Shown here piece by piece: positions 24,793-25,323 of a DNA stretch of 25,323 nt. Position 1 is the first letter of the stretch. Every line of letters starts with the position of its first letter. This DNA comes from Candidatus Aegiribacteria sp. (GTDB lineage: Bacteria; Fermentibacterota; Fermentibacteria; Fermentibacterales; JCC-6). Both the position numbers and the translations under genes were made by a program. A model generated the notes under the pieces. That model did no database searches, was not told the origin of the DNA, and was given only the letters and a program-made list of their open reading frames with translations. Location of the stretch: positions 1 to 25,323 of the forward strand of contig JAWOBF010000025.1 of assembly GCA_046498225.1 (NCBI GenBank). Reading direction: 5' to 3'.

Positions 24793-25323
24793 CTACTCAG
24801 GAATGATTACAAGGACTTCTCCGAGGGAAAGGCTGCTGTTCTCAAGAGAATTGAGGTACATTATCTGCTCGATGGATACACCGTATGAAATGGCCAGGTC
24901 CCAGAGAGTGTCTCCCTCTACAACAGTATGCTCTACCCTTCCGCTACCTGATACTATATTTATTTCGGTTTCCGTGGGAAGGGCCGGTGGGGAAGTCTCA
25001 TCAATTTCGGGAGCGTCACCTGCGCGCCGCAGCAGAAGGACGTCTCCGGGAAAGATGAGATCGCCCGGGGACATGTCGTTCCATCGGGCCACCTCCCTGG
25101 AGCTGACGCCGACTCTGGCGGCTATCTCACCCAGTGTGTCACCCATTCTCACCGTATAGCGGATGTACTGGGGGTTCTCCACAAAACCGGCGTTCACAGG
25201 CTGTCTCTGGCTGGCGGGAATATCGATGTAGGATCCTGACCTGAGGGAGCCGGCGGGGTTCATGCCCATCAGCACTTCCGGGGAGACGCCCAGGGCGGAC
25301 GCCACGCTCTCCCAGCTGTCCCC
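24793..25323 (-). CDS. Multi-LysM peptidoglycan-binding protein, 3' part (runs off the window end)
   Basis: The frame is open to the window edge, with at least three LysM repeats: GDSWESVASALGV..., YTVRMGDTLGEIAARVGV and HTVVEGDTLWDLAISYGV. Confidence 0.9.
   Translation of the reverse strand, partial: GDSWESVASALGVSPEVLMGMNPAGSLRSGSYIDIPASQRQPVNAGFVENPQYIRYTVRMGDTLGEIAARVGVSSREVARWNDMSPGDLIFPGDVLLLRRAGDAPEIDETSPPALPTETEINIVSGSGRVEHTVVEGDTLWDLAISYGVSIEQIMYLNSLENSSLSLGEVLVIIPE

Noticed and set aside
47..25159. Numerous short overlapping alternative-frame and antisense ORFs (e.g. 8340-9116, 1784-2500, 23469-24365)
   Set aside because: They are shadows of well-supported genes in GC-rich DNA, Arg/Pro/Gly- or His/Gln-rich and without motifs.
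1..25323. CRISPR arrays, tRNA/rRNA genes, IS elements, prophage
   Set aside because: No spaced repeats, transposase or integrase ORFs were seen; the window is nearly fully coding, and the largest gap is about 250 nt.

Overview
GC-rich (roughly 60%) anaerobic bacterial genomic segment with three blocks, almost all on the minus strand. (1) Bases 1-5614 hold a complete [NiFe]-hydrogenase maturation set: hypF-hypC-hypD-hypE (hypE runs off the window), a divergently transcribed hypA-hypB pair, and a HycI-type endopeptidase. (2) Bases 5701-17517 are a 16-gene, translationally coupled operon for a membrane-bound group 4 [NiFe]-hydrogenase joined to a full Mrp Na+/H+ antiporter set (Mbh/Mrp-like). 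It is headed by an AsrA/AsrB-like (sulfhydrogenase beta/gamma, FlxB/FlxA-like) Fe-S/flavin NAD(P)H module and a HycB-like 4x[4Fe-4S] protein, and it ends with a HycF-like ferredoxin. The architecture looks like a formate hydrogenlyase in which FdhF is replaced by a NAD(H) module. One of the two antiporter-like subunits lacks the conserved TM5 glutamate, and a Rex/CRP-like box lies upstream. (3) Bases 17766-25323 are a cell-envelope operon: a multi-LysM protein (partial), a ~1220-aa helical-repeat protein, a coiled-coil/TPR protein and a lipoprotein TPR-Slt lytic transglycosylase. I found no RNA genes, CRISPR arrays or mobile elements. All product calls come from motif recognition by eye; no database search was run.
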